Origin: Faecousia sp.
Lineage (GTDB): Bacteria > Bacillota > Clostridia > Oscillospirales > Oscillospiraceae
Length of the DNA: 64,000 nucleotides
NCBI GenBank assembly: GCA_045635645.1
Contig: JAZTWB010000036.1
Coordinates: forward strand, 5,965 to 69,964
Direction: 5' to 3'
Part shown: one piece after another, positions 1 to 8,282 of the stretch
Numbering within the stretch: the stretch's first letter is position 1
Layout of the letters: each line of letters begins with the position of its first letter
Program-made: the position numbers and the translations under genes
Notes under the pieces: generated by a model
Database searches by the model: none
Told to the model about the DNA's origin: nothing
What the model saw: only the letters and a program-made list of their open reading frames with translations

Positions 1-42
1 CGCCCAAACCTTTTCCTAAGCCTTTTGCCATAATTTCACCTC

Positions 43-798
43 TTAGAGTTTTGTGCCGATTTCCTCTGCCATTGCCCGGTAGGCAGCAGCGCCACGGCTG
101 AGTCGGTCATACACCGTCACGGGCAAACCGTGGCTGGGCGCTTCGGCAAGACGCACATTTCGGGGAATGACCGAGGCGAACACCTTGCCCGGAAAATGCT
201 TGCGCACCTCCTGCGCCACCTGTGTAGAGAAGTTCGTTCTGCCGTCAAACATCGTCAGCGCCACGCCGAAGATCTCCAAGCTGGGGTTAATGCGCTTTTT
301 TACAATCCGCAGGGTGTTCATCAGGTCTGTCAGACCCTCAAGGGCGTAATATTCGCACTGCACCGGCACTAAGATGCTGTCTGCGGCAGCCAGCGCGTTG
401 ATAGTGAGCATTTCCAGCGAGGGCGGACAGTCGATAAAAATCACATCGTAATCCCCTGCCACCTGCTGCAGCGCAAGCTTTAGTCTGGCTTGGGGGTTTT
501 CCACGGAAATCAGCTCCACGGCTGCGCCTGCCAAATCCGCAGTGGCCGGAAGCACGTCGCCGAAATCGGTGGTGACGATGGCCTGCCGGGCGGGGATATT
601 GTTAATAACCGTGTCATAGACGCTGTAGCGCAGCTTTCGCTTGTCAAGACCCATACCGGATGTGGCGTTTGCCTGCGGGTCGAAGTCGCACAGCAGAACG
701 CGCTTGCCCAAATCCTTAAGGCTTGCGGTCAGGTTGACTGCGGTGGTGGTTTTGCCCACGCCGCCCTTTTGGTTGACCACAGCAATTATCTTAGCCAT
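43..798 (-). CDS. parA: Chromosome partitioning ATPase ParA/Soj
   Basis: Deviant Walker A NQKGGVGKTT, DFDPQAN, IDCPP, PVQCEYYALEG and IPRNVRLAEAPSHG motifs. Confidence 0.95.
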   Translation of the reverse strand: MAKIIAVVNQKGGVGKTTTAVNLTASLKDLGKRVLLCDFDPQANATSGMGLDKRKLRYSVYDTVINNIPARQAIVTTDFGDVLPATADLAGAAVELISVENPQARLKLALQQVAGDYDVIFIDCPPSLEMLTINALAAADSILVPVQCEYYALEGLTDLMNTLRIVKKRINPSLEIFGVALTMFDGRTNFSTQVAQEVRKHFPGKVFASVIPRNVRLAEAPSHGLPVTVYDRLSRGAAAYRAMAEEIGTKL

Positions 799-815
799 CG
801 TGTTTTCCTTTCTGA

Positions 816-831
816 TGTTTCACGTGAAACA
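816..831. promoter_or_regulatory. parS: parS site 1 (ParB/Spo0J binding)
   Basis: Perfect palindrome TGTTTCACGTGAAACA directly upstream of parA. Confidence 0.92.
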
Positions 832-845
832 CCCGCCGAATGAAT

Positions 846-861
846 TGTTTCACGTGAAACA
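846..861. promoter_or_regulatory. parS: parS site 2
   Basis: Second identical TGTTTCACGTGAAACA starting 30 bp after the first. Confidence 0.92.
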
Positions 862-862
862 A

Positions 863-1204
863 TCAATCGAAGGGGTTGCCGAAGGTATAGTTCTTTCCAA
901 CCTCCACCACGTCCTGTGTCAGAATGTTGTGGAGGATTGCGCCACCGGCGGCGCACAGCAACAGCGCCAGCAGGGCGACCGCCGCAGTCAGCCGGCGGGT
1001 GCGCTTGCGCAGACGGGCAAGCTGTTCTTCGACTGTGGCGCTCCGCCGCCGACCCACGGTCTTTTTGGGAGATACCTCCGTGGGGCGAATGGGCAGCTGT
1101 ACGTGTACGTCGCTCTTGACCGGGTAGGCGTCCATCGCTTTCAGACAGCTACCGCAGAAGCTTTGCTCGCTTTTGGTATCCTTGCCGCATTTCAAGCAAT
1201 TCAT
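863..1204 (-). CDS. Small zinc-ribbon membrane protein (hypothetical)
   Basis: GGAGG RBS before ATG 1204; CxxC...CxxC N-terminus, basic linker, one C-terminal TM helix. Confidence 0.7.
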   Translation of the reverse strand: MNCLKCGKDTKSEQSFCGSCLKAMDAYPVKSDVHVQLPIRPTEVSPKKTVGRRRSATVEEQLARLRKRTRRLTAAVALLALLLCAAGGAILHNILTQDVVEVGKNYTFGNPFD

Positions 1205-1324
1205 AAGCAAAACCTCCTGTCCATTTGCTGCCTATTATAATAAGGTATATTATACACTGGTTTTCCTTGTTCGTAAAGAGGAAAGGAGAAATATTTTTGG
1301 AAAATCCCTGTATTGCCTCCGGCG

Positions 1325-1469
1325 GGTGACTTTCTTGTTCCGGCAAGAAAGTCACCAAAGAACCGGCTTAAGGGGTGGCTCGAGCTCCCGCTCGAGATGC
1401 GTTCCCCTTAAGAATCCCCCAGCCCTTCTATTTCGGCGCGCAAAAGAGAATACTCTGCATGGGGATTCT
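1325..1469. repeat. Intergenic multi-hairpin REP-like element
   Basis: Stems GGTGACTTTCTTG/CAAGAAAGTCACC (1325-1356), CTTAAGGGG/CCCCTTAAG enclosing CTCGAGC/GCTCGAG, AGAATCCCC/GGGGATTCT. Confidence 0.6.
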
Positions 1470-1593
1470 AAAGGGGTACGTTGAAGATAAGCGGGTTTCA
1501 TACCAACCTGTCCGCCTCTTTTCTTTTAGTTGCTTGGGGGGGAGGTAAGAGCGACAGCGTTTGTGAGTTTACAAAAAAGTCATAAAGTTGCTA

Positions 1594-1622
1594 TTGACAA
1601 TCACGTGACCATATGATATTAT
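1594..1622 (+). promoter_or_regulatory. Sigma-A promoter of the DUF1836-hflKC unit
   Basis: TTGACA-17 bp-TATTAT; spacer contains palindrome TCACGTGA. Confidence 0.65.
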
Positions 1623-1653
1623 CGTATTACCACAAAGAAAGGAGGAAAGGCAT

Positions 1654-2217
1654 ATGGACTGGACGATTCCCGGTACGGTACTCACCGCCCGCCGGGAGGA
1701 AGTAACCCACGTGGAGGAGCAGTTCCGGGCAATGTTCCTGCCCGGCGGTATGTCCTTAAGTCAGATTTCCGCCATCACCGGACTGGAGGGCTATACCGTT
1801 CAGAACTGGGTCAAGCGGGGCTTTCTCACTGCACCCCAAAACAAGCGCTACACCCTGCGGCAGCTGTGCAGGATTCTGAATATCAACCTGCTTAGAGGCG
1901 CGCTGCCGCTGGAGAGCGTATGCAAGCTGCTGAGTTATGTAAACGGACAGCTGGACGACGAAAGCGACGATACCATTGACGATGCCGACCTGTATTTCAT
2001 ATTTATCCGGCTGGCGGCCCGCTCCAAGGCCTTATATCAGGAGGATAACAGAGACTTGGTGCTGGAACAGGAGCTGTTCGACTATGCAGAGCCCATTCCT
2101 GGCGCAAAGGCCCGGGTAAAAGAGGTGCTTAGAGTTATGTTAACCGCTTGGCTCGCTGCCCGTATGACCCAGGAGGCAGAACGTATGTTAAACGGTTTGC
2201 AGCAGGAAGGACAGTGA
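1654..2217 (+). CDS. DUF1836-like HTH DNA-binding protein
   Basis: AGGAGG RBS; LSQISAITGLEGYTVQNWVKRG...KRY HTH-like segment. Confidence 0.75.
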   Translation: MDWTIPGTVLTARREEVTHVEEQFRAMFLPGGMSLSQISAITGLEGYTVQNWVKRGFLTAPQNKRYTLRQLCRILNINLLRGALPLESVCKLLSYVNGQLDDESDDTIDDADLYFIFIRLAARSKALYQEDNRDLVLEQELFDYAEPIPGAKARVKEVLRVMLTAWLAARMTQEAERMLNGLQQEGQ

Positions 2218-2221
2218 TGAG

Positions 2222-2431
2222 ATGAAGGAAAACGGTATGCCCTATTGGGCGCGCAGCGAAACCCCGTCTTTTGAGACCAGACAAATGCGCCGTCTGGCGC
2301 TGCAAGAGCTGACAGTGAAGCGTGGCAGCCAGAAGCAGCGGGCAAGACGGTCTTTGCGAATTATGCTCCCCGCCTGGCTCTCGGGCAGAACCACCCAAGC
2401 GTCGGAGCAAATGGAAAAAGATATGAAATAA
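2222..2431 (+). CDS. Small hypothetical protein
   Basis: 69-aa ORF filling the gap in a co-oriented operon; purine-rich RBS-like sequence upstream. Confidence 0.4.
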   Translation: MKENGMPYWARSETPSFETRQMRRLALQELTVKRGSQKQRARRSLRIMLPAWLSGRTTQASEQMEKDMK

Positions 2432-2451
2432 TCAGAAAGGAAAGATGTAAA

Positions 2452-3444
2452 ATGAATGAAAACGGAACATACAACTGGAAACCCGGCGACGACACCCCCA
2501 AGCCGGTCACGCCCAAGGTCAGCTTCAAAAAGCTGCGGAAGCTGATTGGGGTTATGGCGGTGATTTTGGCGGTGGTGATTGCCGTGTCCACCTGCTTCTA
2601 CACCGTGGATGATAAGCAGCAGGCGGTGGTGACCACCTTCGGCAAGGCCCCGGACGTGACCAACGCCGGTGTCCACTTCAAGCTGCCCTTTGGTATTCAG
2701 CAGGCCCAGAAGGTGGACGTGAATGTCTACCAGAAGATTGAACTGGGTTACAGAAGCGACGGCAAGGACGGCTACACCGTCAACACCGCCGAAAGCACGA
2801 TGATTACCGGTGATTACAACATCGTCAACATCGATTTCTTCGTGGAATACAAGGTCTCCGACCCGGTGGCCTACCTGTTCTCCTCCACAAATCCCGAGGA
2901 AATCCTGCGCAATCTCATTCACTCTCAGGTGCGCAACGTGGTTGGCTCCTCCACCGTGGACGCGGTGCTCACCGACGGCAAGGAAAGCATCCAGATGCAG
3001 GTGAAGGATCTGGTAACCAATATTTTGGGCGAGTATAACATCGGTCTGACACTGGTGGACGTGAAGATTCAGGACTCCGAGCCGCCCACCCAGCAGGTCA
3101 TCGAGGCCTTTAAGGCGGTGGAAACCGCAAAACAGCAGGCGGAGACCGTGGTCAACGACGCTAAGGCCTACCAGAATGCCGAGCTTCCCAAGGCGCAGGC
3201 AGAGGCGGATAAGCTGACCCAGAACGCGGAATATCTGAAGCAGAACCGTATCAACGAGGCGGTGCAGCAGGTGGCAATGTTCCGGGCGATGTACGCAGAA
3301 TACGCCCGCGACCCCGCCATCACCAAGTCCCGTATGTACTACGAGGCCATTCAGGAGATTCTGCCCGGTGTGAAGCTGTATATCAACACCGCCGAGTCCG
3401 GCTCCGGTATGCAGATGCTCCTGCCCCTGGATAAGTGGCAGTAA
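2452..3444 (+). CDS. hflK: FtsH protease modulator HflK (SPFH domain)
   Basis: N-terminal TM, AVVTTFGK, MITGDYNIV, VIEAFKAV, paired with hflC. Confidence 0.9.
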   Translation: MNENGTYNWKPGDDTPKPVTPKVSFKKLRKLIGVMAVILAVVIAVSTCFYTVDDKQQAVVTTFGKAPDVTNAGVHFKLPFGIQQAQKVDVNVYQKIELGYRSDGKDGYTVNTAESTMITGDYNIVNIDFFVEYKVSDPVAYLFSSTNPEEILRNLIHSQVRNVVGSSTVDAVLTDGKESIQMQVKDLVTNILGEYNIGLTLVDVKIQDSEPPTQQVIEAFKAVETAKQQAETVVNDAKAYQNAELPKAQAEADKLTQNAEYLKQNRINEAVQQVAMFRAMYAEYARDPAITKSRMYYEAIQEILPGVKLYINTAESGSGMQMLLPLDKWQ

Positions 3445-3461
3445 AAGGGAGAGAGCAGGAT

Positions 3462-4001
3462 ATGTTGAAGCTGTATTTTAAGAAGTTGTTGATGACAGTA
3501 CTGTTCGCCGTAGGCTACTTCTTAACTGTTGGATGTCTTGGCTTCTTTTCTTATCTGCTGATACTGTCGATACTGCCGATACAAAAGCTCATTTCCGAAA
3601 CTACACTGACTATCATATTCGCGATTTTCGCCCTTGTCATTATGCTGGTGGTAACCTATCGGGGACGTTCCGACAACAAGCCCTACAAGCGGGAATATTT
3701 GGGGCAAATAATCCAGTGTGCTCCCCCGTCCTTTGGCAAGGACTTTTGGCAGACCCTGAAATCCAAGGATAACATCGCTCACACCTTGGCATTTCTCACC
3801 GTTGATTTCTTGTTTTCCGCGCCCATCGGCATTTCAGAATCCTCTACTCTATGGGTGTTTATTTTCGGAATGCTTATGCTATTGATTTCTCAAGGAATTA
3901 TTTTTACCCTCATCAACACATTGTTATGGTGTCTGGTACACCGGCGCTGGAGCAATTATTGGCGGTACGCCGGCTATATGACAGACCGTTTTGAAAAATA
4001 A
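3462..4001 (+). CDS. Hypothetical four-TM membrane protein
   Basis: Four hydrophobic segments; more AT-rich codons than neighbours. Confidence 0.7.
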   Translation: MLKLYFKKLLMTVLFAVGYFLTVGCLGFFSYLLILSILPIQKLISETTLTIIFAIFALVIMLVVTYRGRSDNKPYKREYLGQIIQCAPPSFGKDFWQTLKSKDNIAHTLAFLTVDFLFSAPIGISESSTLWVFIFGMLMLLISQGIIFTLINTLLWCLVHRRWSNYWRYAGYMTDRFEK

Positions 4002-4013
4002 GGAGTATCAACT

Positions 4014-4886
4014 ATGAAAAAAGGTATGATTATTGCAGCCGTTTTGGTGCTGCTGGTGATTGTTCTGGCAAACAGCATTTATACCGTGCGGGAGAATCAG
4101 TACGCCTGCGTGGTGGAGTTTTCCAAGATTGTTGCAACCACAGATGTGCCGGGCCTGCACTTCAAAGTGCCGTTTTTGCACACGGTTAAGTATTTTACCA
4201 ACGCCACACAGCTCTATGACATTCCCCCCTCTGAGGTCATTACCCTGGATAAGCAGAATATGACCGTGGACTGCTACGTGCTGTGGGAGATTTCCGACCC
4301 GCTGAAGTTCTACCAGACCCTGGGCAGCGCATCTGTTGCCGAGCAGCGGTTGGGCGACCAGACCTACACCGCGCTGAAGAACGCGATGGGTACGCTGGCG
4401 CAGGCGGACATCATCAATATGGAAGACGGCGGCAAGCGCAACGAAATCTATGACGGCATCGCCTCCACCGTGAACGAAAAGGCGCAAACCTACGGCATCA
4501 ACGTGCTGGACGTGAAAATCAAGCGCTTTGACCTGCCGGACAGCAACCTGAACGCGGTCTACTCCCGTATGATTTCCGAGCGGAATCAGATGGCGTCCAA
4601 GTTCACCGCCGACGGCAATTATGAGGCGTCCATTATCCGCAACGATGTGGATAAGCAGGTGAATATTATGGTCTCCAACGCCAAGGCAGAGGCGGCAAAG
4701 TTAGAGGCTGAGGGCGAGGCAGAGTATATGAAGCTGCTGGCCGAGGCCTATGACAGCCAGGACAAGAAGGATTTCTACGAATTCATTCTAGCGCTGGACG
4801 CGCTGAAGCAGAGCCTGACCGGCGAGGACAACACCATCATTCTGGATGCGGACTCCAAGCTGGCCCAGCTGCTTACCGGCAATTAA
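4014..4886 (+). CDS. hflC: FtsH protease modulator HflC
   Basis: GLHFKVPF, EVITLDKQNM, DVKIKRFDLP, VYSRMISER motifs. Confidence 0.9.
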   Translation: MKKGMIIAAVLVLLVIVLANSIYTVRENQYACVVEFSKIVATTDVPGLHFKVPFLHTVKYFTNATQLYDIPPSEVITLDKQNMTVDCYVLWEISDPLKFYQTLGSASVAEQRLGDQTYTALKNAMGTLAQADIINMEDGGKRNEIYDGIASTVNEKAQTYGINVLDVKIKRFDLPDSNLNAVYSRMISERNQMASKFTADGNYEASIIRNDVDKQVNIMVSNAKAEAAKLEAEGEAEYMKLLAEAYDSQDKKDFYEFILALDALKQSLTGEDNTIILDADSKLAQLLTGN

Positions 4887-4890
4887 AAAC

Positions 4891-4930
4891 AAAAAATGCC
4901 CGCCCGTTCATTTGAACGGGCGGGTTTCTT
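4891..4930. terminator. Bidirectional intrinsic terminator
   Basis: CCCGCCCGTTCA-TT-TGAACGGGCGGG stem with A/T flanks between convergent genes. Confidence 0.8.
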
Positions 4931-4931
4931 A

Positions 4932-6383
4932 TTAGGCTTCAAACTGCTTGTTCTGCTTGGCGTAGAACAAAAGTCCCAGAACAATCCACACAATCAGCAG
5001 CAGGTAAGATTCCTTGCCGAAGTGAACACCGGACAGACCGGGAATGGGAATCAGCTGCAGCACCACGAAAATAAGGGAGAAGCAAACGCCGGTAACTGCC
5101 ATCGCCTTAAGGAAGGGTGTTCCGTCGCCGTCCCGCTTCATAGTGACCACAGTAGAGGCGCAGGTAAAGAAATAACCCACGGAAGCGCCGATGGCGCACA
5201 TATCCACAAACCAGCCCAGCGCCTCACGGCCGAGAACAGGACCGGAGAGGGAGACGAGGATGCAGAAAATCATAGCATTTTTGGGTGTGCCGTGCTTCTT
5301 GTCCACCTTGCTGAACCACTGGGGCAGGAAGCCGTCCCGGCTCATAGAGAACATCAGGCGGGAAGAAGCCAGATAGAAGCCCATAATGCCGGAAAGCACC
5401 GCGCAGGAGACACCGGTACCAATCAGCACCTTGCCGAAAGTGCCCAGCATTTCTTCCGCTGCCACCAGCAGCACCCACTCGCCTGCCATCACCCGCTCAG
5501 GCCAGTTGGCCAGTGCCAGGGCAGCCACGGTGTTGTTGGAGGTGTAGACATAGCAGCCGAATACAATCGCCACAATCATAATGCCGCTGACCTTCTTGAA
5601 GGAGAAGTTAAATTCCTCTGCAGCCTGGGGAATGGCGTCAAAGCCAACATAGGCCCAGGGCGCAATGGCAAAGGTTGCCAAAATGGCGGAGAGGATACCC
5701 CGGGTGCCCACGTGGGCAAAGTCGCCTATATTGGCGGTGGTGGCATTTGCCGCCATAGCAGCGGCTTTATCAAAGCCCCAAATGGGCTCTAAGTTCAAAC
5801 CGCTGGACTTTGCGCTGACCACACCCGCAATTGTCAGGGTAACAACACTGACAATCAGCAAACAGGAAAGGACGGTCTGAATAAAGCCGGCCTTCTGGAC
5901 GCCGAGAATGTTCAAATAGCCAAACAGCAATAAGATTCCCATCGCCAGAAGCATTTCGCCCATATAAATTTCAAAACCGGCAATGGAATAGTGGAAGCCG
6001 AATTTCAAAATATCGGCGTTGCCGTCAATGCCGTCCACAATCAGACCGATGGCGGTGCTGTTCATCGGTACGTTGGTCAGGTAAGCAGCCACCAAAAACC
6101 AGCCGCACAGATAAGCGGCGCTCTTGCCGAAGCAAGCCTTGGCAAAGGTAAATTCGCCGCCGGCCTTGGGGTACTTGGGTACCATATAGGCGTAGCTGGC
6201 AGCGATGATGATCATAACCAGCGCGCCCAGCACCATAGCAATGGCCGTGCCGGCCACACCGGAGTTGGGCAGGAACTTTTTGCCGGGGTTAATAAAGGAG
6301 CCCCAGCCGATGACACAGCCAAAGGCGATGGCCCAGACATTCATGGGCGAGAGCTGGCGTTTGAGGGTATTGTTATTTTCCAT
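4932..6383 (-). CDS. APC family amino acid/amine permease
   Basis: WAIAFGCVIGWG, PKAGGEF, WAYVGFD, SSRLMFSMSRDG; about 12 TMs; AGAGGTG RBS before ATG 6383. Confidence 0.9.
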   Translation of the reverse strand: MENNNTLKRQLSPMNVWAIAFGCVIGWGSFINPGKKFLPNSGVAGTAIAMVLGALVMIIIAASYAYMVPKYPKAGGEFTFAKACFGKSAAYLCGWFLVAAYLTNVPMNSTAIGLIVDGIDGNADILKFGFHYSIAGFEIYMGEMLLAMGILLLFGYLNILGVQKAGFIQTVLSCLLIVSVVTLTIAGVVSAKSSGLNLEPIWGFDKAAAMAANATTANIGDFAHVGTRGILSAILATFAIAPWAYVGFDAIPQAAEEFNFSFKKVSGIMIVAIVFGCYVYTSNNTVAALALANWPERVMAGEWVLLVAAEEMLGTFGKVLIGTGVSCAVLSGIMGFYLASSRLMFSMSRDGFLPQWFSKVDKKHGTPKNAMIFCILVSLSGPVLGREALGWFVDMCAIGASVGYFFTCASTVVTMKRDGDGTPFLKAMAVTGVCFSLIFVVLQLIPIPGLSGVHFGKESYLLLIVWIVLGLLFYAKQNKQFEA

Positions 6384-6425
6384 TGTAAGCACCTCTGTAA
6401 GTGTGAAAGTTAAAAAACTACAATC

Positions 6426-6454
6426 ATTCTACAGCAAACGCCCCTGTTCGTCAA
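6426..6454 (-). promoter_or_regulatory. Sigma-A promoter of the APC permease
   Basis: Minus strand TTGACG-17 bp-TAGAAT. Confidence 0.55.
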
Positions 6455-6551
6455 GGGTATTTTGTTCAAGCAAAGAAAAAAACATACAATACTTGAACAA
6501 AATGCCAGACAGACAGGGGCGCTATATCGGGTTTTTGTTCACAAAACCCGC

Positions 6552-7439
6552 TTATTTTGCGTATAGGGGGTCGATTTTCTTCAGCTCGCTGAAGGAGTCG
6601 ATTTCCACAATATCCTCAAATTTACATTCCCGCACAGATACGGAATAATGCTCCTTCTTGTAAACCAGAGCGGTTTGCTCCCAGTAGCGCTCCTTGCCGC
6701 CGGGACTGGTGTATACCTCCTGCAGGTCGTTGGCAAGGTGTGCGCCTGCCTCCGCATCCCAGTAGGAGATGCCCACCATCTGGTGACAGTTGCGTCCGCC
6801 CACGGCTTCCTCGATGATAACGCCGTTGCTGTCGGTGTGCAGACACCAGTCGTCGGTAACCTCCACGGGGATACCCAGGAAATTGGAGGAGTATTCGTAT
6901 TTGCGAATCAGCTTGGGATTGCTCAGCACCAAATCTGCCTCCAGTGCGTAGGCGTTCTGGAACAGGTAGCGTACGCATACGGCAGAGGAGATGTTGTTGG
7001 CTTCGTTGTAAATGGGGTTTTCGATAAACTTAATCTGGGGATATTTGTAAAGGAGCTGGTCAAACTGCTCACCCAAGTAGCCGCGGACAATGACGATTTC
7101 CGGAATTCCGGCGGCAACCACCGCGTCCAGCAGGGTGTCAATCATACGCACACCCTTGACCCGCACCAGAGGCTTGGGAGTGTTGAAGGTGATGGGTACC
7201 ATACGGGAGCCGAAGCCGGCGGCTAAGAAGATAGCGCGTTTGACCCGATAGGGCTCTAAGGCGTCCAGACCCTGCTGGGTAATGCGCCCGTCGGCAATGA
7301 AACCGCTTTCGGTAAGGCTCTTGACAGCCTTGTTTACAGAGCCTAAGGATAATTTGGTTTTTTCTGCCAGCTCCCGCTGGGTCAGCGGAGCGTCGTTTTG
7401 GGTCAGCTCCACCAGAATGTCAAATTCTCTTTTGTTCAT
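6552..7439 (-). CDS. licC: Winged-HTH + LicC-like phosphocholine cytidylyltransferase
   Basis: N-terminal LTQRELAEKTKLSLGSVNK HTH; LAAGFGSRM..TPKPL, NPIYNEANNISS, GISYW, EIDSFSEL. Confidence 0.8.
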   Translation of the reverse strand: MNKREFDILVELTQNDAPLTQRELAEKTKLSLGSVNKAVKSLTESGFIADGRITQQGLDALEPYRVKRAIFLAAGFGSRMVPITFNTPKPLVRVKGVRMIDTLLDAVVAAGIPEIVIVRGYLGEQFDQLLYKYPQIKFIENPIYNEANNISSAVCVRYLFQNAYALEADLVLSNPKLIRKYEYSSNFLGIPVEVTDDWCLHTDSNGVIIEEAVGGRNCHQMVGISYWDAEAGAHLANDLQEVYTSPGGKERYWEQTALVYKKEHYSVSVRECKFEDIVEIDSFSELKKIDPLYAK

Positions 7440-7451
7440 ATCCGTGACTCC

Positions 7452-8282
7452 TTACCGGGCAAACTCGTCCTTGAGATATGCCTTATAGTAGTGATGGGCA
7501 ATCCGTTTTTCTTCGGGAGGCAGCTGCATATAATCCCCGTAAATCATCTGCAGCAGGGTGTGGGTTTCCGCAGGTATGGGGAAGGATTCTCCTTCAAAAA
7601 TCGCAGTTCTTCCCGGGTTGTACCATTCCTTTTCGCTCCACGTGAAGGAGTCAAACCACACAGTGCAGGCAACATATTTACTGTCTTCAAAGCTGACAGA
7701 CCTTGCTTTTTTGTCCGCCATTACGGCAAAATGCTGGGGGCCGCGGAGCTTTACATAGCAGTAGCCGGCAAATTTTGCCAGTGTCCGCAGCAGTCCGCCG
7801 CTTTGACTGGAGCGGAATTGATCGGAGCCAGCCAATGCGGTGAGGGTTTGCGCCTTGCGGGTCATATGCAGGGTTGCCATTGCCTCCTCCGGGGTGTTTC
7901 CGCAGCCGTCTAAGGGGTAAATGTCCACAAACAGGCCCAGTCCGTACTCCACAACGCCCTCGTAGTCCACATAGTAGCGGGTGTCACACAGACGGGAAAT
8001 GGGATAGATATACTGCTTGTCCGTCCGGCAGTTCATCAGCTTGTAGGGAGCAAGCTCCTGCGCGTGTTCGGTGCAGTAGCGCAGCAGAATCTCATAGTCC
8101 GGACGGGGCATACCCACGTCGATATCATCGTCCCAGGGGATAAAGCCCTGATGGCGCACCGCGCCGATCAGTGTGCCGTAGATCAAATAGTACCGCAGGT
8201 TCAGCTTTTCGCAAAGCTCCTTCAGTTTTTTCAGAACCTCAAATTCTACCAGCTGAATTTCCCGTAAGGATAGTTCTTTCAT
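7452..8282 (-). CDS. licD: LicD family phosphotransferase
   Basis: GTLIGAVRHQGFIPWDDDIDVGMPRPDY and YGDYMQLPPEEKR. Confidence 0.9.
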   Translation of the reverse strand: MKELSLREIQLVEFEVLKKLKELCEKLNLRYYLIYGTLIGAVRHQGFIPWDDDIDVGMPRPDYEILLRYCTEHAQELAPYKLMNCRTDKQYIYPISRLCDTRYYVDYEGVVEYGLGLFVDIYPLDGCGNTPEEAMATLHMTRKAQTLTALAGSDQFRSSQSGGLLRTLAKFAGYCYVKLRGPQHFAVMADKKARSVSFEDSKYVACTVWFDSFTWSEKEWYNPGRTAIFEGESFPIPAETHTLLQMIYGDYMQLPPEEKRIAHHYYKAYLKDEFAR

